Source of the DNA: a virus
Strand: one strand, 5' to 3'
Virus record (IMG/VR): IMGVR_UViG_3300045988_011398
DNA length: 64,000 nt
The notes under the pieces were generated by a model. It was given only the letters and a program-made list of their open reading frames with translations. It did not search any database and was not told the origin of the DNA. The position numbers and the translations under genes were made by a program. This document shows positions 32,601 through 41,210 of this stretch, in pieces (position 1 is the first letter of the stretch; each line of letters opens with the position of its first letter).

Positions 32601-33629
32601 TTATTTTAGGTTAGCTTCCAAAGCAAACTTAATGTCTTGGTGTTTTGGAGCATTAAGGTACTTAGCAGCTATATTCAATGTTGGCTCTTCATTAGCCTCA
32701 CATAGAGGAGAGTTATCACTTCTCAGATATAGGTAATTACCTCTATTTGAGATTAGACCAGATTCAATGCTCTTCTTGATAAGAACCTTAGTACTTAAAA
32801 GAGGGTCTGTAATTACTCTCAAGAATATCTTGCTGTCAGCTTGGATAAGGTTATTAATCTTTGTCTGCAAGAACTCAAGTTTAGCTGAAGGAGAAGTAGG
32901 TCTACCATCAATAGACTCAATTATTACTCTTAGAGTATCAATATCATTCTCAATCTTACCAAACTCCTTATAGCATCTCATTGTGGTGCTCATATTATCC
33001 TTAGCTGTCTTGGTCTCTTCACCTTCTGATATGATGACAAATTGATAAGTAGCCTTAGGATTATCCTGTAATGCTTGCAGTGAAGGAGCAATAAAATCCT
33101 TATTTGCCAATAGTATCTTGTATCTGATGTAATCCTCTGGGTCAGCAAGGTTAAGATAATTGTCTTGCTTAGTCAATCTCACTCTTGAGATGCCATTCTC
33201 ATTACTATCATCCCAGAAGTTATCAACCTTCTTATAAATGCTAAGAGCATTGTACTCTAAGCCCATCACTTCCTCAAGGAAAGCCTTCTCTTTATCTGTA
33301 AGAACATTGACAAACATACCTGAGGACAATCTTGGAACTACAAAAGTCCTTGTAGCATTCTCAGCCATGCCTCCAAATAGAATGTGCTTAGGATTAGTAA
33401 CCATGCCACCTTCCTTTGGAATATGCCTTACAATCACTCTTTCATTTCTCAAACAGCTTACAAGGGTATCATCTTCTACTGACACAGCCTTCTTAGCTGG
33501 CTTTGAGGGTCTTGTTTTTACTTCTTCTTTTGGTACTTCTTGTAGAGGCATCTCCTGCATTGGGGTTTCATCAATATCAAAGTCAGGAGCTGTGTAATCT
33601 ACTTTCTCTTCCATTTTTTCTTTTGCCAT
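32601..33629 (-). CDS. uncharacterised capsid-module protein (342 aa)
   Basis: ATG start (MAKEKMEEK) directly after the post-capsid-gene terminator. Acidic N-terminus. Confidence 0.5.
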   Translation of the reverse strand: MAKEKMEEKVDYTAPDFDIDETPMQEMPLQEVPKEEVKTRPSKPAKKAVSVEDDTLVSCLRNERVIVRHIPKEGGMVTNPKHILFGGMAENATRTFVVPRLSSGMFVNVLTDKEKAFLEEVMGLEYNALSIYKKVDNFWDDSNENGISRVRLTKQDNYLNLADPEDYIRYKILLANKDFIAPSLQALQDNPKATYQFVIISEGEETKTAKDNMSTTMRCYKEFGKIENDIDTLRVIIESIDGRPTSPSAKLEFLQTKINNLIQADSKIFLRVITDPLLSTKVLIKKSIESGLISNRGNYLYLRSDNSPLCEANEEPTLNIAAKYLNAPKHQDIKFALEANLK

Positions 33630-33644
33630 ATCTTCTCCTTATTT

Positions 33645-33685
33645 GTTTTTATAAAAATAAGGGAGTAGGAGCAATTCCTACTCCC
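33645..33685 (-). terminator. intrinsic terminator after the putative major capsid gene
   Basis: 10-bp stem gggagtagga / tcctactccc with loop gcaat. The minus strand continues ttatttttataaaaac. Confidence 0.8.
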
Positions 33686-33694
33686 TTTGTATCA

Positions 33695-35209
33695 TTAGCC
33701 CTGTAGTACAGCAGGGATTAGTGACATAGTTCTTGTTGGGTCAAGAACACAGATACCAAGTGTAGCCATTCTGTGAATAACTGCTGAGTCCTCATCAAAT
33801 GACATATAAGGATTACCCTTTTGCCCTGTGAATGGGTTTCTCAGACCCCACTGATAACCTCTGTATTCAGTATCACCCTTAATCTTACACTTGAAGATAT
33901 TAGGTTGGTCCATAGTACCAATGTACATAATATCATATCTGTAAGACATAGCCACACCACCAAGTGGGTGAAGGATTTTATTTCTTACTGGGTCATCATA
34001 GAATGGGTCTACATCAATCTTAACTCTTACACCATTAGGTGCTTTATACTCTACAAACTGGAATCCAGCAGATAGAGAGTTAGAGTGAAGTCTTGATTGT
34101 GTCTTCTCAATTACACCAATTGAACTGTTGTCAAGTACAAATTGAGTCCAACCTGATACTACATTCAGTACAGCCTTGTGGAACTGAATAGCACCTCTTT
34201 CACCTGTCTTGATTAAGAAGTATCTATCACCAAAGTCCAACTTAGCGGCAGATAGCTCATACAGTGCATCCTCAAGCAACTTCAGTGAGAATGTATTGTA
34301 ATACATAGTGTTGGCTACTTCCATTTGCTCAAATAGACCAGCACCAGTCTTGATTACATTACCTGACTTACCAAAGTTCATGTACTCACCATTAGCATTT
34401 CTGTTAGAAGTACCAAATGCAAGTGCATTATTCTTATATTCAGAGAATTGCTGCTCTACTTCCCAGTCTACATTGTGCATCCACATTGTAGCTACAGACT
34501 TAACAAGCTTGCCACTTTCAGTAGCCTTAGTAATAGGCACACCTACAGCCAACTTCTTATTAAGCATAGAACCCGGAACTTTATGTTGGATTCTAATTGT
34601 AGACCACTCATTTCTCATAGAAACAGGGCTTGTGAATCTTACATCACCAACCTTTCTTGATAGTTCCTTCTCTACAGGAGCAAAGTCTACAGAGAATCTT
34701 TCACCTGCAAGTAACCTCTCAGCAGGGCAACCTGTAGTATTACCACCCATCAGCTCTACCTTGTAGACAGCATTAGTTCCTTCCATTCTTGCATCACCAA
34801 GGATTCTGAAAGGATATACCTGATTCAAGTGACCTACAATTACCTCACCATCAGCAAACCAATCTTCAGGGAATACAAGATAGAAAGGAGTAGTTCCTAC
34901 ACCAACATTACTACTACTTGCAGTAACAACAGTGCCATTTTCATCTCTTGCCTCCACAAGAGGAATGTTTCTTCTTGAAGAGCCAATTACATCCCAGTAA
35001 TACTCATTGTCATCCTCAAATTCTCTTGTAGGGAATTGATTCAGGAATGTATCAAGGGTCTTTCCTCTGTAATAGGCAAGCAATTGAACCATCAGGTTTG
35101 TAGCCTTCTGTGGAGCTAACTGAAAGATAGAACCCAAGTGATTCTCCTTAGTAAGTCCCTTCCAGTGTTGGAAGCCTACCATTTGAAATTTACCTAACTT
35201 TCCAGCCAT
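33695..35209 (-). CDS. putative major capsid protein (504 aa)
   Basis: Size and position fit: after an acidic scaffold-like ORF, downstream of a promoter, and followed by the strongest terminator of the block. The gene order TerL-portal-...-MCP matches crAss-like phages. No motif-level proof. Confidence 0.6.
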   Translation of the reverse strand: MAGKLGKFQMVGFQHWKGLTKENHLGSIFQLAPQKATNLMVQLLAYYRGKTLDTFLNQFPTREFEDDNEYYWDVIGSSRRNIPLVEARDENGTVVTASSSNVGVGTTPFYLVFPEDWFADGEVIVGHLNQVYPFRILGDARMEGTNAVYKVELMGGNTTGCPAERLLAGERFSVDFAPVEKELSRKVGDVRFTSPVSMRNEWSTIRIQHKVPGSMLNKKLAVGVPITKATESGKLVKSVATMWMHNVDWEVEQQFSEYKNNALAFGTSNRNANGEYMNFGKSGNVIKTGAGLFEQMEVANTMYYNTFSLKLLEDALYELSAAKLDFGDRYFLIKTGERGAIQFHKAVLNVVSGWTQFVLDNSSIGVIEKTQSRLHSNSLSAGFQFVEYKAPNGVRVKIDVDPFYDDPVRNKILHPLGGVAMSYRYDIMYIGTMDQPNIFKCKIKGDTEYRGYQWGLRNPFTGQKGNPYMSFDEDSAVIHRMATLGICVLDPTRTMSLIPAVLQG

Positions 35210-35243
35210 AAATCTTTAATTATTTATCAGTTATTTAATATGT

Positions 35244-36413
35244 TTAGACATCAAGGTCCCAACCTTTTCCAATGAAAGATTCTGGGTCATCCTCAACTCC
35301 ACTTGCAAACTTCAAATTTCCATCTGAGGTTCTTGATGTATTGTTGAGGGTATGCTCTAATTCCCTAAGACCTTTCTTTACTTCTTTTCTTACCTTGCCT
35401 TTAACCAGACCATCAAGGTTCTTAAAGCCATCAGTCAGTGTGAAAAGCAAGCCTACATTCTTGAGGAACTCAGTTCTATTCTCCATCTCATACTTTTGTA
35501 TGGCTGTGAATAATTCTCCTGTTTCAGGGTCTTTGTAAACAGGCTTACTGATATTATCAAATACTTTCTGTCTTGTGGCTTTGTCTACTTGAATATCTCC
35601 AAATACTTTGGTGTCCTCAAGGATAGATTTCTTTAATTTCTCTGCCTGCTCTTTTCTTTCCTGAGCTTCTCTTTTCTCCTCTTCTTGAGCTTCCTTAACA
35701 AGATTATCATACTCATTTTGGAAGAACTCCTTATTACTTGCTAAAGCCTCTTTAGCATCTTCTATATCAGTACCAGAGTTAAAGGACTTCTGCACTTCTC
35801 TTTGTGCTCTTTCCTTACTATAACCTCTGTTAATGAAATCTTGGAAAATGAGTTGCTGTCTCAATTTCTCACCCTTGTCAGTCTCATCAGAGATTGCACT
35901 GTCTTGAAGAGAGTTAAGATAGCTGAGTGTATTCTCATATCTTTTTATCTCAGAAGGCTCAATACCAGCATTCAATGCCTCATCAATCCTCTTCTGTCTC
36001 TCATCAAATCTTGCTTGAATCTGTTTCTCAACAGCCTCAGCAAAGTCCTCAGGTGCTTTAATCTTATCAGCAGTCTCTTCATCAAGGTCTGGGAAGATAC
36101 CTTCTTCTTTCAAGGCTTTGGCAATGGAAGAGTAGAAGTTGTTTTTGGGAGAAGTACCTTTTTCCTTGTCAGATTCAGTACCTTCCTTTTCCTTATTATC
36201 CTCTTTTCCACTACCTACGCTCTCTGGTTCTTCAGTAAATAAAGTATCTACATCAACAACCTCAGTAGTTTCTTCTTTGTTCTTGTCTTTATCCTCTTTT
36301 TCAGAGGTCTCCTCATTGGCAGGTGGAGTCTCCTGTGTCTCTTCATCATCTACAAACAGATTCTCTATTTCATCTGCTCCTAAGATGTTATCTAAACTTA
36401 GTTCTTCTTCCAT
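35244..36413 (-). CDS. acidic coiled-coil protein, scaffold-like (389 aa)
   Basis: Extremely E/D/K-rich N-terminal 100 aa and heptad-like K/E stretches. Lies immediately upstream of the capsid-protein candidate, with a promoter about 32 nt upstream. Confidence 0.45.
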   Translation of the reverse strand: MEEELSLDNILGADEIENLFVDDEETQETPPANEETSEKEDKDKNKEETTEVVDVDTLFTEEPESVGSGKEDNKEKEGTESDKEKGTSPKNNFYSSIAKALKEEGIFPDLDEETADKIKAPEDFAEAVEKQIQARFDERQKRIDEALNAGIEPSEIKRYENTLSYLNSLQDSAISDETDKGEKLRQQLIFQDFINRGYSKERAQREVQKSFNSGTDIEDAKEALASNKEFFQNEYDNLVKEAQEEEKREAQERKEQAEKLKKSILEDTKVFGDIQVDKATRQKVFDNISKPVYKDPETGELFTAIQKYEMENRTEFLKNVGLLFTLTDGFKNLDGLVKGKVRKEVKKGLRELEHTLNNTSRTSDGNLKFASGVEDDPESFIGKGWDLDV

Positions 36414-36444
36414 ATCTTCTACCTCTTGTTTTATTAAAACAATG

Positions 36445-36476
36445 CAAAGATATGCACAATTTCAGACTTACGCAAG
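36445..36476 (-). promoter_or_regulatory. Bacteroidota-type promoter (CTTG-N20-TATCTTTG)
   Basis: Minus-strand read: cttg, 20 nt, tatctttgca. Upstream of the scaffold-like and capsid genes. Confidence 0.7.
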
Positions 36477-36526
36477 TACATAAAGAATGCTCTTATAATA
36501 GTATAAGAAAAACATTTATCTTATAC

Positions 36527-36560
36527 ATAAAAAGAAAGGGCAAGATATTAATCCTGCCCC
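36527..36560 (-). terminator. intrinsic terminator after the 223-aa gene
   Basis: Stem gggcaag / cctgccc (one mismatch). The minus strand continues tttctttttatg. Confidence 0.6.
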
Positions 36561-36567
36561 AACTTAA

Positions 36568-37239
36568 TTAGTCTTCCTTGAAGTAATTCCATAGCTTGAA
36601 GCCATCCTTGTAATCATCATCCTTGAACCAGAATATAACAGCAGATTCAATTATCTTTTGTTCTACTCCATCACCAAACCATGACTTAAACAGCTCACAG
36701 TAATCATGATACTGTGCATTGATAGCTACATATACATCAGCATGAGTTACAGTCTGTGGTATGATACCTCTATATCTCTCACATACTTCTTTGGCTTTAG
36801 TCATGTCAAATTTCTCTCCAACATACTTTCTGCCATTCTCAAAGTGATACATATTAGATACTAAGTATCTTGCATAAGAGTCATTGAAGTGCTCATTACC
36901 AGTAGTGCTCTTACCCTTCATAGCTCTCATCATTTCATACATATCCTCCTCACTCATGCCTTCTGACATTCTATTGAATCTATCAAAGAATCTGTGCTGA
37001 CCTCTACTACCTGAGTTGAACATTTCATTGAACTCTTCAGGATAGTTATGTCTTCTCATATAAAAGTCATCATACATTCTATCAGGCATTGGATAATCTC
37101 CATCACCATGATGTCTCATATAATGGCTTCTACTACCCTTAGACATAAATTCCTTGAACTTATTCATGAACTCTTGTTCACTCATATTCTTGCCTATACC
37201 TTTATCTCTAAGGTATTCCATTAACATAAGTTCATCCAT
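36568..37239 (-). CDS. Met/His-rich protein of unknown function (223 aa)
   Basis: ATG start. 17 Met in the first 107 residues (hand count), together with His/Arg/Phe-rich repeats. Confidence 0.5.
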   Translation of the reverse strand: MDELMLMEYLRDKGIGKNMSEQEFMNKFKEFMSKGSRSHYMRHHGDGDYPMPDRMYDDFYMRRHNYPEEFNEMFNSGSRGQHRFFDRFNRMSEGMSEEDMYEMMRAMKGKSTTGNEHFNDSYARYLVSNMYHFENGRKYVGEKFDMTKAKEVCERYRGIIPQTVTHADVYVAINAQYHDYCELFKSWFGDGVEQKIIESAVIFWFKDDDYKDGFKLWNYFKED

Positions 37240-37244
37240 ATTTC

Positions 37245-37625
37245 TTAGTCTTTAGTGATTAACATTTCTTTGAAATTCTCTAAGTCTGTCATGTCAAATA
37301 CCAGTCTCTTATCTGTAAGAGGTATGTTAAGTTTAATACTTCCACCACCTACTTCTATGTCACCAATAAATGAAGTCTTGAAGGTAAATGGTTGAGTAGT
37401 CATCAGGTTCTCCATCATTTCTGACAGTATTCCCTCTACATCTACATTACCATTCTCATCAGCTATTAAATCCAAAGCCTTAGTAACTTTACTGAAATTC
37501 TTATCCAAAGCCCTTGTAATAAGGGGTTTCATAAAGCCTACCATAGGAGTAGTCTTGGACATTGAATCAAGTTGTGTTGCTATATAAGACTTCAGCTTGT
37601 CAGTCAATTGTATCACAGCCACCAT
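37245..37625 (-). CDS. uncharacterised protein (126 aa)
   Basis: ATG start, 2-nt spacing from the upstream gene. Confidence 0.5.
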   Translation of the reverse strand: MVAVIQLTDKLKSYIATQLDSMSKTTPMVGFMKPLITRALDKNFSKVTKALDLIADENGNVDVEGILSEMMENLMTTQPFTFKTSFIGDIEVGGGSIKLNIPLTDKRLVFDMTDLENFKEMLITKD

Positions 37626-37627
37626 AA

Positions 37628-38137
37628 TTACATATTTGCTTTAATAAATTCATCATAGGTTACTCCGGGATGTTGTTTACTATACTCCCTGAACCTTCTA
37701 AACATTTCCATTTCCCTATTAGTTTCATCAATTATTTTACCCTTCAATCTTTTGACTGTTTTCAATTGATGAGATAATAGCTCTTTACCCTCTGGAGTGC
37801 TTTCAATTCTGCCTTTTACAAGATTAAGAATCTCAGCATTCACCATATTTTGGATTTTAGTGTAAGTCTCAACATAATCCTCATCCTGAAGAAGTCTGCT
37901 CTTCTGCTCATCAGTCATTGGTTCTACCTCAGCATCAATATCATCCCATATTAATTTCTGAGGAGGAATTGGCTGTTGTGGCATAGGTTGCTGGACTTGT
38001 TGCTTCATTTGCTTTGCAGCTTCAAGGTTCTGTTTGTATCTCTCAAGCAATTGAAGTTGCTCATCAAGACTATTTCCTATTACACTGCCTCCTAATAGAG
38101 GGTCTCCTCCTAATATAACTTGATTTACTGGAATCAT
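37628..38137 (-). CDS. uncharacterised protein with a Q/P-rich linker (169 aa)
   Basis: ATG start. Contains QMKQQVQQPMPQQPIPPQ. Confidence 0.5.
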   Translation of the reverse strand: MIPVNQVILGGDPLLGGSVIGNSLDEQLQLLERYKQNLEAAKQMKQQVQQPMPQQPIPPQKLIWDDIDAEVEPMTDEQKSRLLQDEDYVETYTKIQNMVNAEILNLVKGRIESTPEGKELLSHQLKTVKRLKGKIIDETNREMEMFRRFREYSKQHPGVTYDEFIKANM

Positions 38138-38154
38138 ATCTCACAATTTTGAAA

Positions 38155-38190
38155 TTAGTATTTGAAATAAGGGGTATTTCTACCCCTTAT
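38155..38190 (-). terminator. terminator-like hairpin after the 266-aa gene
   Basis: 10-bp stem ataaggggta / taccccttat with loop tttc. The downstream T-tract on the minus strand is weak (ttcaaat). Confidence 0.45.
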
Positions 38191-38194
38191 TATC

Positions 38195-38995
38195 TTAGGC
38201 ATTTGCAGGAGCAGCAGCAGTAGCAGCATTAGAGCAGCAGCAATAGCTACCAAAACCTGTTACAGTAGGAGTATTAGGTAATACTACCTGACCTTCAATC
38301 ATCTTGCAAGTCTTTCTATCTGTGTAGTTGATACCAGCAGTGAATGCCTTGTCAATCTCACATTGGATAAGCTTGTCCTGATATGGTCTTATAGCAGCAT
38401 TAATAGCTACTTGTGCCTTCAGGTCAGACAATTCTTGTCTGATAGAATCATCAGCATCTCTTTGTGATTTGTATAGATTGAAAGCATCAGCATTTTGCTT
38501 AGCACTCAATACATCAAATCCATCTCTTGTGCTCTTGTATAGACCAAAGTCTGCATCAATCTGGCTCTTCCAAACACTGAACAACTCAGCATTCAGAGTT
38601 TGTCTGTCAGCAAATCTTTGTGATTGCTGTGTTAGTGCCCAGTCATAAAGACCCTTCTGTAGAGCAAGAGTGTCCTCACAGCTCTTTTCCCATGCTTGGA
38701 ATGCAGTAGGAGCAGCATATCCATAACCACTTCCAACTCCACCACAAGAAGCAATAGCTATGTTAGCATCACTTCCTGAAGTTCCAGTACCAGAGTTACC
38801 AAATAGGCTGAAACCATTTCTTCTACCAAGCAATGCAGCACCACCAAGTACAGTACCTATAATACCAAGAGTCAGGCCTGCATTAGCCTTGCCATTGACA
38901 TTTCTACCATAGCCATAGCCTCCATAGCCACAGTTTTCCCAGTAACCATAAGGAACTTCCTTTGTCTTTTCTACTTGCTTTTCAATAATTTCCAT
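38195..38995 (-). CDS. glycine-rich membrane-associated protein (266 aa)
   Basis: GYGGYGYG, the hydrophobic segment GLTLGIIGTVLGGAALLG, and a C-terminal CCCSNAATAAAPANA. Promoter about 58 nt upstream. Confidence 0.5.
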   Translation of the reverse strand: MEIIEKQVEKTKEVPYGYWENCGYGGYGYGRNVNGKANAGLTLGIIGTVLGGAALLGRRNGFSLFGNSGTGTSGSDANIAIASCGGVGSGYGYAAPTAFQAWEKSCEDTLALQKGLYDWALTQQSQRFADRQTLNAELFSVWKSQIDADFGLYKSTRDGFDVLSAKQNADAFNLYKSQRDADDSIRQELSDLKAQVAINAAIRPYQDKLIQCEIDKAFTAGINYTDRKTCKMIEGQVVLPNTPTVTGFGSYCCCSNAATAAAPANA

Positions 38996-39052
38996 AATAG
39001 CAATTTTTGAAATTAGTTAATAAATCATTTCTCTTCTGTAAGCTTACAAGTG

Positions 39053-39084
39053 CAAAGGTAAGTCAAATATCTCAGGATGCCTAT
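39053..39084 (-). promoter_or_regulatory. promoter with a strong -7 element (TACCTTTGCA) and a weak -33
   Basis: Minus-strand read: gacttacctttgcac. The -33 position reads atag instead of TTG. Confidence 0.5.
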
Positions 39085-39087
39085 CAT

Positions 39088-39126
39088 TGCTAAAAAGCCC
39101 CATAACTTATTAAGTTACAGGGCTTT
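39088..39126 (-). terminator. second tandem terminator after the 110-aa gene
   Basis: Imperfect long hairpin aaagccc..taactt / aagtta..gggcttt. The minus strand continues with ttttt. Confidence 0.5.
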
Positions 39127-39151
39127 AATTTAGCATTATGTTACTAATAAT

Positions 39152-39186
39152 GATAAAAAGAAAGGTAGCTGTTATTTAGCTACCTT
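39152..39186 (-). terminator. intrinsic terminator overlapping the stop codon of the 110-aa gene
   Basis: 9-bp stem aaggtagct / agctacctt with the stop codon in the loop. The minus strand continues tctttttatc. Confidence 0.7.
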
Positions 39187-39504
39187 ATCATGCTTGTAGA
39201 ATACATCTACAATCTTGTTATATATGTAGGTAATCAAGTAGGCATCTACCTCATCATTGTCTCTTTGAGGTCTATATCCAATGAAGTCCCATATATTATT
39301 CTTTATATGCTCAGCTTCATGAACAATACTACTTCCTCTCTTAGAGTTCACAGCTACTAATGATGCTCCATACTGAGATTTTGTTATGGCTCTTGGCTCT
39401 GGACCACCATCAAATAAGTGTTCTACTTCTTCCCACTTATCAAATATGACTATAGTTAATTTATAGTCAAAGATGGGTATATTTATCTTCTTTTGTGTTA
39501 CCAT
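39172..39504 (-). CDS. small HExxH (zincin-like) protein (110 aa)
   Basis: ATG start. SSIVHEAEHIKNNIW contains HEAEH. Adjacent to an HTH gene. Confidence 0.45.
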   Translation of the reverse strand: MVTQKKINIPIFDYKLTIVIFDKWEEVEHLFDGGPEPRAITKSQYGASLVAVNSKRGSSIVHEAEHIKNNIWDFIGYRPQRDNDEVDAYLITYIYNKIVDVFYKHDKVAK

Positions 39505-39552
39505 GACTTTTTCTCCTCTTAGTCATTTCAACAAACTCTATTATGGACATTA

Positions 39553-39894
39553 TTAAGCAAGCTGCGATTTTGGCTTGCTCCGCAAGCTGCGATTATCTCT
39601 ACTCTTCCTGACAAATTCATCCAAGTCTTTCTTAGACCAACTTAATTCTTTGAAACCAATTTCATGCTTGCCTTTAGGCAATTTGCCTTCTCTCACATAA
39701 TTATCAAAGGTTGCTCTACTTACATTCAAGTATTCACAAGCAGCATATTTACTTAGTCTCTTCTCTTTGTCAGTCAATTCCTTTAGTGTATCAATCAACT
39801 TGGTGGCTTCATCTTCAGTTATATTTGAATTACCTGCATCTATGTCATCCACTATCTTCACCAACAGGCTTCTTATGATTCTTAACATACACAT
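39553..39894 (-). CDS. helix-turn-helix DNA-binding protein, excisionase/MerR-like HTH (113 aa)
   Basis: LSKYAACEYLNVSRATFDNYVREGKLPKG fits the short HTH of excisionase-type binders. The 5-prime end overlaps the upstream gene by 50 nt, so the start is uncertain (alternative ATG at 39888). Confidence 0.55.
   Translation of the reverse strand: MCMLRIIRSLLVKIVDDIDAGNSNITEDEATKLIDTLKELTDKEKRLSKYAACEYLNVSRATFDNYVREGKLPKGKHEIGFKELSWSKKDLDEFVRKSRDNRSLRSKPKSQLA
39557..39594. repeat. 13-nt direct repeat gcaagctgcgatt x2, CG-rich, at the 3-prime end of the HTH ORF
   Basis: Copies at 39557-39569 and 39582-39594. An embedded inverted repeat agcaagc / gcttgct is present. The CpG-containing codons (cgc, cgg, tcg) are otherwise rare in this window. 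Confidence 0.7.
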
Positions 39895-40252
39895 ACAATA
39901 TTATAAATAGTGAAACACCTGTTATTACACTATGCAGCATTAACAACTCAAAGTTTGTGATTGGTATGCCTACATAGTAATCAATTATGTTTATTATATC
40001 TGTTGCAAGTATATAATACAAGAACATTCTATGATATAAACAAAACCTGAATACTATAGCTGACAGGTACATAAATATCCAAGTAAGCAAAGACATCCCT
40101 GCAATATTACTTAGTACAGGGATGTCAATACCAATATAAGCTGTGGCAGTGTTAATTACATAGAATAATGCTATGAGCATAGGTATATACTTCAGCATTA
40201 TCAGTAATAACTTATACAAAGACTTACTTTTTAAGTTTTCCTCCTTTGCCAT
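39845..40252 (-). CDS. polytopic membrane protein, about 4 TM segments (135 aa)
   Basis: ATG start (MAKEENLK) followed by four hydrophobic segments (for example YIPMLIALFYVINTATAYIGI and VITGVSLFIILYVYV). Confidence 0.55.
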   Translation of the reverse strand: MAKEENLKSKSLYKLLLIMLKYIPMLIALFYVINTATAYIGIDIPVLSNIAGMSLLTWIFMYLSAIVFRFCLYHRMFLYYILATDIINIIDYYVGIPITNFELLMLHSVITGVSLFIILYVYVKNHKKPVGEDSG

Positions 40253-40408
40253 ATCTGCCTTTCTTAACTCCTGCTTTTGGAGACATTGGTTTAGGTCTCC
40301 CAGTTCTTCTTGCCATAATGATTAAATTTTTAATTGTTACTTACTCTTTTTACCTTTGCCTTTACCTTTGCAACCACATTTCTTTGCCATAATAACAGTA
40401 TTTAATGG

Positions 40409-40837
40409 TTAAACAATTTCTATAGTTATCTCTTCTCCTCTTGCAATAGCTTCCTTCATCATCTTAACTAACCTTTCCTCATAAGGGGTTGAATTAAGTA
40501 CCTTTCCTACTGCCTTATTCTCCCCTACAAGTATGCAACCTGCTGAGTCTTTAGCAGTATTTCCTCTGTGAATCAGGATACCTTCAAATGAAGGTACATC
40601 AAGCAGTCTTGGTAGTTCCCTTTTGAACTTAGGAGACATATTTACCACTATCTTATATGTGCCAAAAGGAATACAAGTCTCTCCATAAACCTTTGCTTCA
40701 CCATTGTCAAACTTCCCATTCTTATTCACATCCCTATTCTTGTCTTCAAGAGTATTAGAAAAGAATGAGCCATCAACATAAAGATTGCCTATTGTATAGG
40801 TGTCCTTAAAATACTTTCTCTCAAGCTTTAGTTTCAT
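40409..40837 (-). CDS. putative cell-wall hydrolase with a YkuD-like His...Gly-Cys signature (142 aa)
   Basis: GILIHRGNTAKDSAGCILVG resembles the H-x(n)-(S/A)GC catalytic signature of L,D-transpeptidase-fold enzymes. It follows two N-terminally anchored membrane ORFs, which looks like a lysis cassette. Confidence 0.45.
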   Translation of the reverse strand: MKLKLERKYFKDTYTIGNLYVDGSFFSNTLEDKNRDVNKNGKFDNGEAKVYGETCIPFGTYKIVVNMSPKFKRELPRLLDVPSFEGILIHRGNTAKDSAGCILVGENKAVGKVLNSTPYEERLVKMMKEAIARGEEITIEIV

Positions 40838-41204
40838 CTTTATCCTCCTCTGTATGGGGAGCTACCTCCCCTAATATTTCTCTAATCTGCTCTTCTGTGT
40901 AGAACTTTCTCTTGATACAACCATTATCAAGACATGAGTTATTCAATAGTCTATGAATAACACCCTTCAATCTATAAACTTCTATCCTGTTATTTTCAGC
41001 CAAGTCAATATAGAATTGAAGTTTCTTGTTGTTGTCCTTTACAATACTCTCATAAAACTCAAGTGACTTCTTCAGATTTTCAATTTCATTAGAATCCACC
41101 TCAGTATTGTACTTCTTTCTTGCGAAGAACCATGAAGTCCAGCCACTGACTACTGTAGTAACTAAACCTATCCCACCAGTAATTAGAATACCTACATCAA
41201 TCAT
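40821..41204 (-). CDS. N-terminally membrane-anchored coiled-coil protein, holin/spanin-like (127 aa)
   Basis: The TM segment MIDVGILITGGIGLVTTVVSGWTSWFF is followed by charged helical sequence. Overlaps the next gene by 17 nt. Confidence 0.45.
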   Translation of the reverse strand: MIDVGILITGGIGLVTTVVSGWTSWFFARKKYNTEVDSNEIENLKKSLEFYESIVKDNNKKLQFYIDLAENNRIEVYRLKGVIHRLLNNSCLDNGCIKRKFYTEEQIREILGEVAPHTEEDKDETKA

Positions 41205-41210
41205 AATACC

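Noticed and set aside
39553-39894. The excisionase-like HTH as evidence of a temperate lifestyle.
   Set aside because: The window contains no integrase, repressor-operator arrangement or att-like site. Short HTH proteins of this type are common transcription factors.
40351-40370. Two plus-strand TACCTTTG strings resembling the -7 promoter element.
   Set aside because: They are the reverse complement of the repetitive AAA GGT (Lys-Gly) codons of the minus-strand 17-aa micro-ORF candidate. No TTG lies 20 nt upstream and no plus-strand gene lies downstream.
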